Below are positions 37,086 through 46,035 of a DNA stretch of 64,000 bases, piece after piece (positions within the stretch are counted from its first letter, which is position 1; each line of letters starts with the position of its first letter). The position numbers and the translations under genes were made by a program. The notes below the pieces were generated by a model. The model was not told the origin of the DNA. It did not search any database and saw nothing but the letters and a program-made list of their open reading frames with translations. The stretch covers positions 10,478 through 74,477 of the forward strand of contig CAYYOG010000003.1 in NCBI GenBank assembly GCA_964473325.1. Reading direction: 5' to 3'. Source of the stretch: an uncultured Thermotogae bacterium (GTDB taxonomy: Bacteria > Bipolaricaulota > Bipolaricaulia > RBG-16-55-9 > DRXL01).

Positions 37086-39209
37086 ATGAGCCATCGAAGG
37101 ATCTTCGCAGCTCTTCTTATAGGGGTTATTGTCGGCTTCCTTGGTCAACAGTCAGTAACCCACGCGGCTTCTGTACGCGACGTCGTTATCAGCGAGGTCG
37201 CGTGGATGGGCACGCAAGCGAGTGCCAATGACGAGTGGATCGAGCTGTATAATAACACTGATTATGATATCGATCTGACGGGATGGAAGCTCCAAGCTGA
37301 AGACGGCACGCCTACTATCGTGCTCTCCGGGATTATCCCCGCCCACGGGTTCTTTCTGTTGGAGAGAACTGATGATAATACTGTCAGTGACATCGCTGCT
37401 GATCTTGTCTACGGCAATGATGGATCTAGTTGGGCGTTGAGCAATAGCGGCGAGAAGCTCTTGCTGAAAGACTCAAACAATATTGTCATAGACACAGCCA
37501 ATGGCAATGGCGGCCCCTGGCCCGCCGGAACTGCCTCACCAAGAGCAACAATGGAACGGATTGATCCCACAGCTCCCGACTCTGACGCAAACTGGGATAC
37601 CAACGACGGTGTCCATCGCAATGGGCTTGACGCGAATAATAATCCCATCAACGGCACACCGAAAGCCCCGCGCCAGCGCGCGTCTTACAATGCCCGTGAC
37701 GTCGTGATCAGCGAGATCGCGTGGATGGGGACAGAAGCTAGTGCCAACGATGAATGGATTGAGCTCTATAACAATACTGATCGCGCGATTAGTCTTGTGT
37801 GGTGGCGCTTAGAAGCAGCTGATGGGGTGCCCTCAATAGTGCTCTCTGGTACCATCCCTGCGCGCGGGTTTTTCTTGCTGGAGCGCACCGACGACAGCAC
37901 AGTCAGCGACATTCCTGCCGATCAGATCTACACCGGAGCTCTCTCTAATTCTGGGGAGAGCCTGATCTTGAAAGACCCGTCGGGGAACGTCATAGACACT
38001 GCCAACGGCGACGGTGGCCCTTGGCCCGCCGGAAACGATTTCCCACGAGCAACGATGGAGCGTTTGGACTTGCTCGCTCCAGACTCAGATACGAATTGGG
38101 CGACGAATAACGGGGTCTATCGCAATGGCTTGGATGCCCAAAGTAATCCCATCAACGGCACGCCCAAGGCTCATAAGCCTCCCTATGTCACGATCATCAG
38201 TCCTAGGGCAACCGCGCCCGTGTATCTCTACCCAGGAGAGAGCTTCTCTGTCAGCTTCACTAGCGACGAAGCAGGCACTGCGGAGATCAACGTCAACGGG
38301 ACAAGCTGCGGCGGTGGAGCTATCAGCATGGGGACGAACTCTCAGCTATGCACGCTCCCTAGCCCATTTGCCCATGGCATCTATGATCTCTCTGTGACAG
38401 TCACTGACGCCACGACGACTGCTGGTACTGCAACGGCAACAGATGCGGTGCACGTGATCGTAGCAACTCTTGGTGACGTCAACGGTGACGGAAAGGTCAA
38501 CGTGATTGACGCGCGCCTAGCACAGCAGCACGCCGACGGGTTCATCACGCTCGCGGGGATACAGCTCTTAGCTGCTGACGTCGACCAAGACAGTGACGTA
38601 GACTCCGCTGACGCGACGGCGATTGCCAGGAAGGGGATTGGGCTGCCCACGGGAATCCCTTGGTTTGTGCTCGCCGTGCCCGCGTTGGCGTTCTTGCTAG
38701 TATCTCGCTGCAGAGGGTTCGCGGCACTGCTCCTCATGATGGGATTGCTAGGAACTCTGACGAGTTGCTCGGAGTTTGCGGGCCCGCCTCCGCCGTCCGG
38801 CCCCTCGCTATTTATCACTTCGACTTCGATGCCCAACGGTGCGACGCGCACGCTCGATCTGGCCGTGCAAAACGTGACGGCTCAGGGCGGCGTGGCCTCG
38901 CTCCAGGGGCGGATCACCTATCCTCCTGGGAGAGTGACGGTGCAGTCGCTCACGGGCTTGAATGGCTTCGTTGTCAAGGCATTCGTGATACATGACCGCG
39001 AGCTGCGCTTCGCTCTCGTTAAGCCTAGCCCTGGAGGGATCAGCTCCGGAATCGTCGCGCGAGTAACTCTATCAGTTTGGGGAGCGCCAGGGGACATCGT
39101 CACGCTGAGATGGGCTGCCAGCGCCCAGACACCAATAGTCATCGGCGGAGAGACGAACACGGAGGTCACAGGGCTTAGTTTTGGCGACGGCCAAGTGAAG
39201 GTACGCTAG
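37086..39209 (+). CDS. Surface protein: signal peptide, two tandem lamin-tail domains (LTD), an Ig-like region, a dockerin type-I-like double Ca-binding repeat, an internal sorting-signal/lipobox-like hydrophobic segment, and a C-terminal cohesin-like domain
   Basis: LTD repeats at aa 28-195 and 205-370 are ~75% identical (nt 37170-37650 vs 37690-38170). Dockerin loops DVNGDGKVNVIDARL and DVDQDSDVDSADATAI. Segment GLPTGIPWFVLAVPALAFLLVSRCRG-FAALLLMMGLLGTLTSCSE at nt ~38660-38760. Confidence 0.6.
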   Translation: MSHRRIFAALLIGVIVGFLGQQSVTHAASVRDVVISEVAWMGTQASANDEWIELYNNTDYDIDLTGWKLQAEDGTPTIVLSGIIPAHGFFLLERTDDNTVSDIAADLVYGNDGSSWALSNSGEKLLLKDSNNIVIDTANGNGGPWPAGTASPRATMERIDPTAPDSDANWDTNDGVHRNGLDANNNPINGTPKAPRQRASYNARDVVISEIAWMGTEASANDEWIELYNNTDRAISLVWWRLEAADGVPSIVLSGTIPARGFFLLERTDDSTVSDIPADQIYTGALSNSGESLILKDPSGNVIDTANGDGGPWPAGNDFPRATMERLDLLAPDSDTNWATNNGVYRNGLDAQSNPINGTPKAHKPPYVTIISPRATAPVYLYPGESFSVSFTSDEAGTAEINVNGTSCGGGAISMGTNSQLCTLPSPFAHGIYDLSVTVTDATTTAGTATATDAVHVIVATLGDVNGDGKVNVIDARLAQQHADGFITLAGIQLLAADVDQDSDVDSADATAIARKGIGLPTGIPWFVLAVPALAFLLVSRCRGFAALLLMMGLLGTLTSCSEFAGPPPPSGPSLFITSTSMPNGATRTLDLAVQNVTAQGGVASLQGRITYPPGRVTVQSLTGLNGFVVKAFVIHDRELRFALVKPSPGGISSGIVARVTLSVWGAPGDIVTLRWAASAQTPIVIGGETNTEVTGLSFGDGQVKVR

Positions 39210-39229
39210 CGCTCGATTATAATGAGCGC

Positions 39230-40234
39230 GTGCGTACAGAGATTCTTTCTGCTAATGATGCTGGCATCGAGCGCGCGGCCCAGATCATTCGCTCTGGAGG
39301 ATTAGTTGCTTTCCCTACAGAGACCGTCTACGGCTTAGGGGCTGACGCCCTCAACGAAGACGCCGTCCGCAAGATCTTCATCGCGAAGGAGCGCCCCGTC
39401 GATGACCCGTTGATTGTTCATATTGCCCACGTACAGCAGCTGACGCTCTTGGCTCGGCATATTCCTGCAAGAGTCTGGGGTTTAGTAAAAAAGTTCTGGC
39501 CTGGCCCCTTAACGCTCGTCTTGCCCAAAACCGAAAAAGTCCCCAGCGTTACCACCGGCGAGCTGGATACAGTCGCTGTGCGCATACCCAGTCATCCTGT
39601 TGCGAGAAAGCTCATCGAACGGAGCGGCTGCCCCATCGCCGCGCCCTCAGCGAACAGATTTGGCCGTCCCAGCCCAACGACAGCTCAACACGTTCTCGAA
39701 GATTTAGACGGACGGATCGATCTTGTCTTAGATGGCGGTCCTACTCCCATCGGCGTCGAATCGACTGTCTTAGATCTGACGCAAGAGCCGCCGATGATCT
39801 TGCGTCCCGGCGGGGTGACCCTCGAAACGCTCCAAGAGATTTTGGGTGAAGTGCGCGTGCTCAGCTCTTCATCGATAGAAGCGGCGAAGCGCTCCCCGGG
39901 GACGCGCTGGCGCCACTACGCCCCGCGAGCGCCGCTTCTGCTTGCTGAGCCAACAGAGCTGGAGCAGATCGTGCGCGACTTACTCAAGGATGGGAAACGA
40001 GTTGGGGTGATGATCAGACAGAACCGTCTTCAGTGTTCTCCGGACCCTGCCGTGCTTTCCGTGATTCAAATGCCCACAGATTTTTCAGAATACGCGCGGC
40101 GGCTCTTTCGGGTGCTGCGCGAGCTTGATGCCCACGGGGTCGACGTAATCGTTGTGGAGACCGTTGAAGAACGTGGCCTAGGTCGGGCGATCATGGACAG
40201 GCTCCGCAAAGCCAGCTATAATTACTCTCCCTAA
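39230..40234 (+). CDS. tsaC: L-threonylcarbamoyladenylate synthase (Sua5/TsaC type, with Sua5 C-terminal domain)
   Basis: YrdC domain (GGLVAFPTETVYGLGADA…KERP…PLIVHI…PSAN) plus a Sua5 C-terminal domain. Confidence 0.85.
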   Translation: MRTEILSANDAGIERAAQIIRSGGLVAFPTETVYGLGADALNEDAVRKIFIAKERPVDDPLIVHIAHVQQLTLLARHIPARVWGLVKKFWPGPLTLVLPKTEKVPSVTTGELDTVAVRIPSHPVARKLIERSGCPIAAPSANRFGRPSPTTAQHVLEDLDGRIDLVLDGGPTPIGVESTVLDLTQEPPMILRPGGVTLETLQEILGEVRVLSSSSIEAAKRSPGTRWRHYAPRAPLLLAEPTELEQIVRDLLKDGKRVGVMIRQNRLQCSPDPAVLSVIQMPTDFSEYARRLFRVLRELDAHGVDVIVVETVEERGLGRAIMDRLRKASYNYSP

Positions 40235-40287
40235 CTGAAAAACTGTCAACTCGGAACTGGCTAACTCTCTTGTGGAGGTGATCGGTG

Positions 40288-40485
40288 ATGGGTAAACCGA
40301 CGCATCCCAAGGTGATTGCGCGGCGGCGCCATCGGCGCGAGAAGCTCTGGAAGCTGCGCCGCAAGTACGCGCAAGCGACCAGCGAAGCCGAGCGCCAACG
40401 GGTCTTGGAGGAGGCGTTCAAGGTCGCTCCCACGATCACACGAGAGCAGTTTCTAGAGCCGCTGCGCGTTCGGGGCTTGCTCTAA
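40288..40485 (+). CDS. Small basic hypothetical protein (66 aa)
   Basis: GGAGGTGA SD 6 nt before ATG 40288; Arg/Lys-rich. No family recognised. Confidence 0.35.
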   Translation: MGKPTHPKVIARRRHRREKLWKLRRKYAQATSEAERQRVLEEAFKVAPTITREQFLEPLRVRGLL

Positions 40486-40491
40486 AAAATT

Positions 40492-40567
<76 letters not shown>

Positions 40568-40571
40568 ACGG

Positions 40572-40690
40572 AACAGTTCTGAGTTTGACGGTTCCCAGTT
40601 AGGTGGTTTTTATCATAGCAGAGTCTCTTGAAGCTGTCAAGGACAGCTCAGGGTTTGACAGTTCTCAGTTTCTTTATATCATAGAACTGT
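40572..40690 (+). repeat. Tandem ~65-bp duplication carrying two copies of the GTTTGACRGTTC repeat; the distal copy reads as a promoter (TTGACA 40646-40651, 16 nt, TATCAT 40668-40673) for the downstream gene
   Basis: Units 40575-40639 and 40640-40705 align at ~70% identity; both contain TTTGACRGTTC…TTATCATAG. Confidence 0.5.
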
Positions 40691-40692
40691 CT

Positions 40693-41388
40693 ATGACTGC
40701 GGAGCTGGAGGTATTGCTGGGGCTGAACCGTCACGACGCGGCGATCCGCGAGCAGACTCGCAAGATTGAAGGACTACAGCGACGTCGTGCCGCATTGATA
40801 GAAGCGATGGCGCGCGAACAGAACGAGTTTCTCGCCAAGAAACGCGCGTTTGAGGAGCTCCAGCGCCAAAGCCGTGAAAAAAGCCGTGAGGTCGACGACT
40901 TAGATGCCCAGATCCGCGCAGACACAGAAAAATTGCGCACGGGCTTGCTCAGCTATAAAGAGATGGAAGCGCTGCGCACCCGCGTGGAGCACTCCCGTAT
41001 CCGCATCGATCAGCTAGAAGACGAAGCCATCGCGTTGATCACCCAAGTGGAGCAGCAGACTCCCCTCATCCGCAAGGCTGAGGAAGACCTCCTCAAATGG
41101 AAGGCGAAGATAGATCAGGACATTGCCCAAATCGATGCGGAGATCGCTGAGCACTCTCAGGCGCTAGAGCGGCTTGAGAGGGAGCGGGCACAGCGCGCGG
41201 CTGCGGTGGAAGGCAAGCTCTTGCAGCGCTATGAGGAGCTGCGAGCGCGCTATGAGGACCCAATCGTGCCCGTTCACAATGGGGTCTGCACCGGGTGCAA
41301 CTTGCGCGTCAGCGAGATCACTGTGGAGCGCGTGCGCTATGAGATTGTCACGTGCGAGAACTGCTCCCGATTGCTGTACGTAAGGTAA
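40693..41388 (+). CDS. Coiled-coil protein with C-terminal C4 zinc ribbon (COG1579-like)
   Basis: Long heptad-rich region, then CTGCNLRVS…CENCSRLLY zinc ribbon. Start placed at ATG 40693. Confidence 0.6.
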   Translation: MTAELEVLLGLNRHDAAIREQTRKIEGLQRRRAALIEAMAREQNEFLAKKRAFEELQRQSREKSREVDDLDAQIRADTEKLRTGLLSYKEMEALRTRVEHSRIRIDQLEDEAIALITQVEQQTPLIRKAEEDLLKWKAKIDQDIAQIDAEIAEHSQALERLERERAQRAAAVEGKLLQRYEELRARYEDPIVPVHNGVCTGCNLRVSEITVERVRYEIVTCENCSRLLYVR

Positions 41389-41480
41389 CCAGACTTCGTC
41401 TGGACTGTTCGCCTTCGTCCGGTCGGACGCAGATGAAGCTCACGCACAGCGTGCAGGCGCAGTCTGGTGGGAGGGTAGCT

Positions 41481-42191
41481 ATGCGTCTTGTAGGAGTCGC
41501 TGTCGCCTTGTTGACTATCTTAGTGGGAGCCTTATTACACGCCCAAGACGATGAAGAGATCGTGCTGCCCCGCCAGATGGGGGCGATCAACGATTACGCG
41601 GCTGCCTTGGGGGGCGCGCGCGCAGAGCTCGAGGAGCAGCTAGAGAGTATCAGAGAAAATTTCAACGTCCAGTTCGTCATCTTAGCGACGGTCTACGACC
41701 CATACGACAACGCTGCGATCTACGCTCAGCGGATCTGGGAGTCGTGGAAGCTCGGCAAGGGCACTGTGCTCTTAGTCTTCGTGAAGGAACAGACGGAGAA
41801 CCGCTGGGTGTTCGAGATCCGTCTCAGTGATGATATTCGTGGGCGCTTCCTTGCGGAACACCTTGAGCGTATGCGAGGGGGATTGAAGTATCATCTGGAG
41901 CGCCAGCGCATTAAGACAGCTATCGAAGAATCGGTGCGAGCCCTCCAGGCGATGCTCGAGGGCAGCTATGGGCAGCCGCCCCCTAGCGTCTCTGGGGGGC
42001 GGTCTTTATGGATCTGGATGGTGCTAGGGCTTATAGGGCTAGGAGGGGTAGCCTTTGGTGTGCGGGCTCTTTTTAGAAATCGCTGCCCGCGCTGTGGCGC
42101 TCGCATGCGCCTCTATCAGACGTATACGCGCCAGGGAGCGCGCGCGGCTTATCGGAGCTGCCCACGCTGCGGCTACTCCCGCCTACGCTAG
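41481..42191 (+). CDS. TPM-domain (TLP18.3/Psb32/MOLO-1-type phosphatase-like) membrane protein with C-terminal C4 zinc ribbon
   Basis: Signal peptide MRLVGVAVALLTILVGALLHA; TPM core INDYAAALGG…NFNVQFVILATV; TM helix then CPRCGAR…CPRCGY. GGGAGGG SD. Confidence 0.65.
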   Translation: MRLVGVAVALLTILVGALLHAQDDEEIVLPRQMGAINDYAAALGGARAELEEQLESIRENFNVQFVILATVYDPYDNAAIYAQRIWESWKLGKGTVLLVFVKEQTENRWVFEIRLSDDIRGRFLAEHLERMRGGLKYHLERQRIKTAIEESVRALQAMLEGSYGQPPPSVSGGRSLWIWMVLGLIGLGGVAFGVRALFRNRCPRCGARMRLYQTYTRQGARAAYRSCPRCGYSRLR

Positions 42192-42448
42192 TTCAAGCTC
42201 GCTTTGAGCTTCACCTCCGGCTTGCGCTCCCGCTCGTCCTCGGCGTCAAGTCTGATTATTAATGATAGGCTCAGTCTATTACCCGCAGCCTGGAGTCGAG
42301 TCCGCAGTTCTTTGTTATGGGCTAATAACTGGATGAGATCGTTCGCAAGCAATTCCGCTGCGGCGTGAATGTACGAGAGCTCGTGGCCGTTTCCCAAATC
42401 TTGCCATTCTTCGATGGTGCCCACCAAGCGGGCTTCTGCTTCTGCCAT
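42188..42448 (-). CDS. Hypothetical small helical protein (86 aa)
   Basis: Strong AAGGAGG SD 11 nt upstream of ATG 42448. No family recognised. Confidence 0.4.
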   Translation of the reverse strand: MAEAEARLVGTIEEWQDLGNGHELSYIHAAAELLANDLIQLLAHNKELRTRLQAAGNRLSLSLIIRLDAEDERERKPEVKLKASLN

Positions 42449-42537
42449 GGATGCCAGCCTCCTTGTGTACTGGCTTATCTTACGGTCGGGGGAGAGAGGA
42501 GACTATGACGGGCATTACATTCATGGTATAATTATGA

Positions 42538-42970
42538 GCGAAGAGGAGCAGAGGGCCGCCCCAGGCTCCGCCTGGACTGTACGCCTTCGCCAGCCAGAGG
42601 CTGGCGAAGATGAAGGTCAAGCGAAGCTTGTCCAGACGAAGCCTGGGGAGGAAAGTCCGGACTCCACGGGGCAGGCCGCTCGCCGCAAGGCGAGAAGGAG
42701 CGATCCTTGGAAAGTGCCACAGAGAAGAGACCGCCAGCGGCCGGCGGCACGCGCCGCCGGTGCGGGCAAGGGTGAAACGGTGGAGTAAGAGCCCACCGCC
42801 CCGCTCGCGAGAGTCGGGGGCACGGCAAACCCCGGCCGGAGCAAGACCAAGTAAGGGCGCGTCTGAGAGTGGCCCGCTCGAATCGTGCCCGGGTAGGTCG
42901 CAGAGAGAGATGGCCCTCACCGACTCTTGGACAGAGTCGGCACAGAATCCGGCTTATGCTCCTCTTCTTT
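42538..42970 (+). ncRNA. rnpB: RNase P RNA, bacterial type A, with an extended (~95-nt) P3 helix
   Basis: Conserved regions read directly: GGAAAGTCCGGACTCC, AGGGTGAAACGGTGGAGTAAGAGCCCACC, ACAGAATCCGGCTTAT; P1 gaagaggagca/tgctcctcttc; P2 gagggcc/ggccctc. TATAAT at 42526-42531 lies 6 nt upstream of the 5' end. Confidence 0.9.
42561..42646. repeat. ~86-nt palindromic element forming the rnpB P3 extension; a second copy lies in hypF at 53880-53952
   Basis: Shares caggctccgcctgg…cttcgccagccagaggctggcgaag…gtccagacgaagYctgg with 53880-53952. Terminal inverted repeats and a central hairpin cttcgccagc-cagag-gctggcgaag. Confidence 0.7.
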
Positions 42971-43081
42971 TTTGTTCTTTGACGAACCGGGCGCTATCGG
43001 ATAGAATATTCTTTGGCGATGGAGTCCGCCGTCAACCGTCCGGGCACGTCGGACTGATGACTCCTACCTAAGACTCTTCAT

Positions 43082-44281
43082 GTGGATAAGGGGTCGGTTG
43101 ATGTGCAAGACCTATATGTCGGGACGGTGCTGGCGGGCTTGATCTTTCTCTCTAGTATTCTCTCTGTCGAGTTAGGGCTTTCGGCCGCGATCATCGAGAT
43201 CGCGTTCGGCGTGCTCGCTGGGAACTTCTTGGGCGTCACGGCTCTCCCCTGGGTCGCTTATATGGCGAGCCTGGGCGGGATTCTCTTGACGTTTCTGGCA
43301 GGAGCTGAAGTCGATCTCGACGTGATGCGGGCCAAGTTCAAAGAGAGTCTTCTTATTGGGGGCATCTCGTTCTTGGCACCCTTCCTCGGCACGATGCTCA
43401 TCTGTCACTATCTGTTGGGCTGGGAGTGGAAGGCCGCGCAGATCGCCGGCGTCGCTCTCTCGACCACATCGCTTGCTGTCGTCTACGCCGTGCTCGTCGA
43501 GACCGGACTGACCCACACCTCTGTAGGAAAACTGATCATGGCCGCGACCTTTGTGACCGACTTTGGCACCGCAGCAGCCTTAGCACTCGTGCTCTTAGAG
43601 TTCAATCTTAATACGCTCTGGTTCGTGCTGATCTCTCTTATAACTATTCTGCTTGCGCCCCGGATCGCGCCACGGCTCTTTGCTCGCTATGGGGATCGGG
43701 TCATCGAGCCGGAGATAAAATTTCTCTTTTTGCTCTTAGTGATTTTGATGTACTTTGCCAAGCTGGGGCTGAGCCACGCGATCCTGCCCGCGTTCATGCT
43801 GGGGCTGGTGATGTCGCGGCTCTTCCAAAAGAACATCCGGCTCCAGCGCAAGCTGCGCGTCGTGGGCTTTGCGTTCATCACGCCGATCTTCTTCCTAAGC
43901 GGGGGCACGAAGATCTCGCTGTCGCTCTTATGGTCCAGCGCGGCGCTCTTTCTCATTCTGTTCGCGGTGAAGCAGATCGCTAAGATCGTCGGGGTGTACC
44001 CTCTGGCGCGGCACTATCTGCCCAAAGAAGCGATGTACACGACGCTGCTGATGAGCACCGGGCTGACGATGGGGACGCTCTCGTCCGTGGCGGGGCTGGA
44101 GGCAAGTTTGATTGATCAATTGCAATTCTCGGTTCTCGTTGCGGTCGTAGTGGCCAGCGCCATCGTGCCGACGTTCATCGCCCAGAGATTCTTCCATCCC
44201 CATCACGCGTTAGTAGAACTTCATCATAAAGAAGAAGAGTCTTCCCAGCCGGCGCTGGTCGAAGAGACGGCTCAACAGTAA
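43082..44281 (+). CDS. Cation:proton antiporter (Na+/H+ exchanger family)
   Basis: ~11 TM helices with CPA-family pattern (…LGGILLTFLAGAEVDL…). GTG start. Confidence 0.8.
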   Translation: MDKGSVDVQDLYVGTVLAGLIFLSSILSVELGLSAAIIEIAFGVLAGNFLGVTALPWVAYMASLGGILLTFLAGAEVDLDVMRAKFKESLLIGGISFLAPFLGTMLICHYLLGWEWKAAQIAGVALSTTSLAVVYAVLVETGLTHTSVGKLIMAATFVTDFGTAAALALVLLEFNLNTLWFVLISLITILLAPRIAPRLFARYGDRVIEPEIKFLFLLLVILMYFAKLGLSHAILPAFMLGLVMSRLFQKNIRLQRKLRVVGFAFITPIFFLSGGTKISLSLLWSSAALFLILFAVKQIAKIVGVYPLARHYLPKEAMYTTLLMSTGLTMGTLSSVAGLEASLIDQLQFSVLVAVVVASAIVPTFIAQRFFHPHHALVELHHKEEESSQPALVEETAQQ

Positions 44282-44290
44282 GGAGGGTCT

Positions 44291-44713
44291 GTGTTTCACA
44301 AGATTTTGGTCGCCAATGACGGCTCGGAGAACGCCTTTCGGGCGCTCGAAGTTGCGGTTGATCTCACCCGACGTTACGGTGCAGAGCTGCATCAACTCTC
44401 GGTGGAAGAGCATCTGCCCCATTATGCAGCCTCGCTGGGCGAAGTGATCGAAGCCGAACGAGAAGAGCTGGATTATTTCGACGAAGTTGCCGAGAAAGCT
44501 CAGGAGATCGCGGCGCGAGCGGGGATACGGCTCGAATGTCATATTGTTGCCGGTCACGAAGTCGAGACGATTGTGCGGTTTGCCGAAGAGAATCACTTTG
44601 ATCTCTTGGTGATTGGGCACAAGGGGCATTCGAAGATCTGGCCGCTCCACATGGGGTCGACGGCAGCGAAGATCGCTGACCACGTACGCACAAATATCCT
44701 CATTGTGCAGTAG
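44291..44713 (+). CDS. Universal stress protein (UspA family)
   Basis: FHKILVANDGSENAFRALEVAVDL…LLVIGHKGHSKI…GSTAAKIADH USP ATP-binding pattern. GTG start. Confidence 0.85.
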   Translation: MFHKILVANDGSENAFRALEVAVDLTRRYGAELHQLSVEEHLPHYAASLGEVIEAEREELDYFDEVAEKAQEIAARAGIRLECHIVAGHEVETIVRFAEENHFDLLVIGHKGHSKIWPLHMGSTAAKIADHVRTNILIVQ

Positions 44714-44718
44714 CATTA

Positions 44719-45125
44719 TGGTGAGCCGTGATGAAGACTATGTAGAGGGGTTGATTCGCGCGCTCTCGCACTGGCGGGCGCTCAAGCGCCGCGAGGTAGC
44801 TTATCTGTTAGGGGAGAAGCGTGACCCGCGAGCTGTGCCCGCGCTGGTGGCTGTCTTAGAGAGCGCCGAAGACCCTTTTGTCAAAATGGAGGCAGCCACA
44901 GCGTTGGGCAAGATCGGCGGTTCTCAAGCTGTTGCTGCGTTGCTCCGGTGCTTAGAAGCCAAGCAACCGTTACCGGCGCGCGTGGCTGCTGTCAAGGCTT
45001 TGGCTCATCAGTCCGTCTCGGAAGATATCATCGCTGGCTTACGCCGAGCTGCTGCGCATGATCCCAACGAGATTGTGCGTCGGCTCGCCCAGCGTGTTCT
45101 TGAAGGGCTAGGTGTGTGCGTCTAG
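44719..45125 (+). CDS. HEAT-repeat (PBS-lyase-like) protein
   Basis: Repeated …AAxALGKIGGSQAVAALLRCL… / …AAVKALAH… HEAT-like units. Start placed at ATG 44719, just after the usp stop. Confidence 0.6.
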
Positions 45126-45128
45126 AGT

Positions 45129-46031
45129 ATGGTGCTCTTAGAAGCAGACACCCGACAATGGCGTCGTTGGATCGGCACGCGCGGTGTGGTGTTCAACACT
45201 TTGCGCTTGTGCGCCCGCCGTGCGTACACCGTCTACGAACTCTCTGAGATCAAACTGCGTGATGCGCCGGGGCTGTCGCGTTCGGTCTTCGATGTGCTCA
45301 GCGACATCAACGTCTCAGTTGTTGTTGGCGAGGGCGAGCGCCGTGAGCTGATCACTGTAGTAGGCACAGTTCCAGACCCAACGACAAGCGGTGGGGTCAC
45401 GTATCTCTTGCGCACGACGCTTTTAGCTTTTTTATTGAGCCCAGCGCTGGCTCTCGCAGAGCCCGATGCGTATGGGAAATATCTGCGCGCTTGGGCAGCG
45501 CACGCTCAGACACGCCAGCACTTTCTCCAACACGCCTGCGCTCGATTTCCCGACTTAGCTCAGAGTGCGCTGCACGCTCTCTGCGAATTTGTGTGGCGAA
45601 CTTCGCTAGTCTTCCCACGGTATCTGAGCACTCACTGGCTGGTTGCTCAAGGATCTCCCTCTTTGGAAGGCTCTCAACTTGATCTGACGCCTTCAGAGCG
45701 CTCGCGCGTCTTTGGGGAGTTCCTCTTGGCTGACGTGAGAACCCTTGAAGAGTGTAGCTCTTCTCATGTGTTGAGGCTCCTTGGGAAAGGTATCCCACAG
45801 TATGCCGAAGATCTTCTCACATGGCTGGGCACACCAGATCGGTCTCTGATGGAGAGAGCGTTACGGGCTGAGCGGACGTGGGCGGCGCGGCGGGTGCTCT
45901 GGGAGCTGAGATATATCGAGCGACGTGCGAAAAGAGTTGCTCATGAGCCGCCGTTGAACGCTGCATGGAGCGCTGACGATCCACCGATAGAAGCTGTGCA
46001 ACCGGGGCGCTTTGGCTTCTGTCTCTTGTGA
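45129..46031 (+). CDS. Hypothetical protein (300 aa)
   Basis: Long ORF in the same direction as its neighbours; no recognisable motifs. Confidence 0.4.
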   Translation: MVLLEADTRQWRRWIGTRGVVFNTLRLCARRAYTVYELSEIKLRDAPGLSRSVFDVLSDINVSVVVGEGERRELITVVGTVPDPTTSGGVTYLLRTTLLAFLLSPALALAEPDAYGKYLRAWAAHAQTRQHFLQHACARFPDLAQSALHALCEFVWRTSLVFPRYLSTHWLVAQGSPSLEGSQLDLTPSERSRVFGEFLLADVRTLEECSSSHVLRLLGKGIPQYAEDLLTWLGTPDRSLMERALRAERTWAARRVLWELRYIERRAKRVAHEPPLNAAWSADDPPIEAVQPGRFGFCLL

Positions 46032-46035
46032 GCTT

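Noticed and set aside
38381-38851. 156-aa minus-strand ORF
   Set aside because: Antisense within the LTD/dockerin gene, whose domain repeats and dockerin loops are clear on the plus strand.
42480-42920. 146-aa minus-strand ORF and 42369..42788 / 42610..43071 plus-strand ORFs
   Set aside because: They overlap the RNase P RNA gene, whose conserved regions are unambiguous. The apparent peptide similarity to the ORF at 53802..54017 merely reflects the repeated palindromic element.
44613-44718. Track start of the HEAT-repeat ORF at 44613
   Set aside because: That start lies inside the usp gene in another frame. The first in-frame ATG after the usp stop (44719) gives a sensible N-terminus, so the 5' part is read-through of an open frame, not coding.
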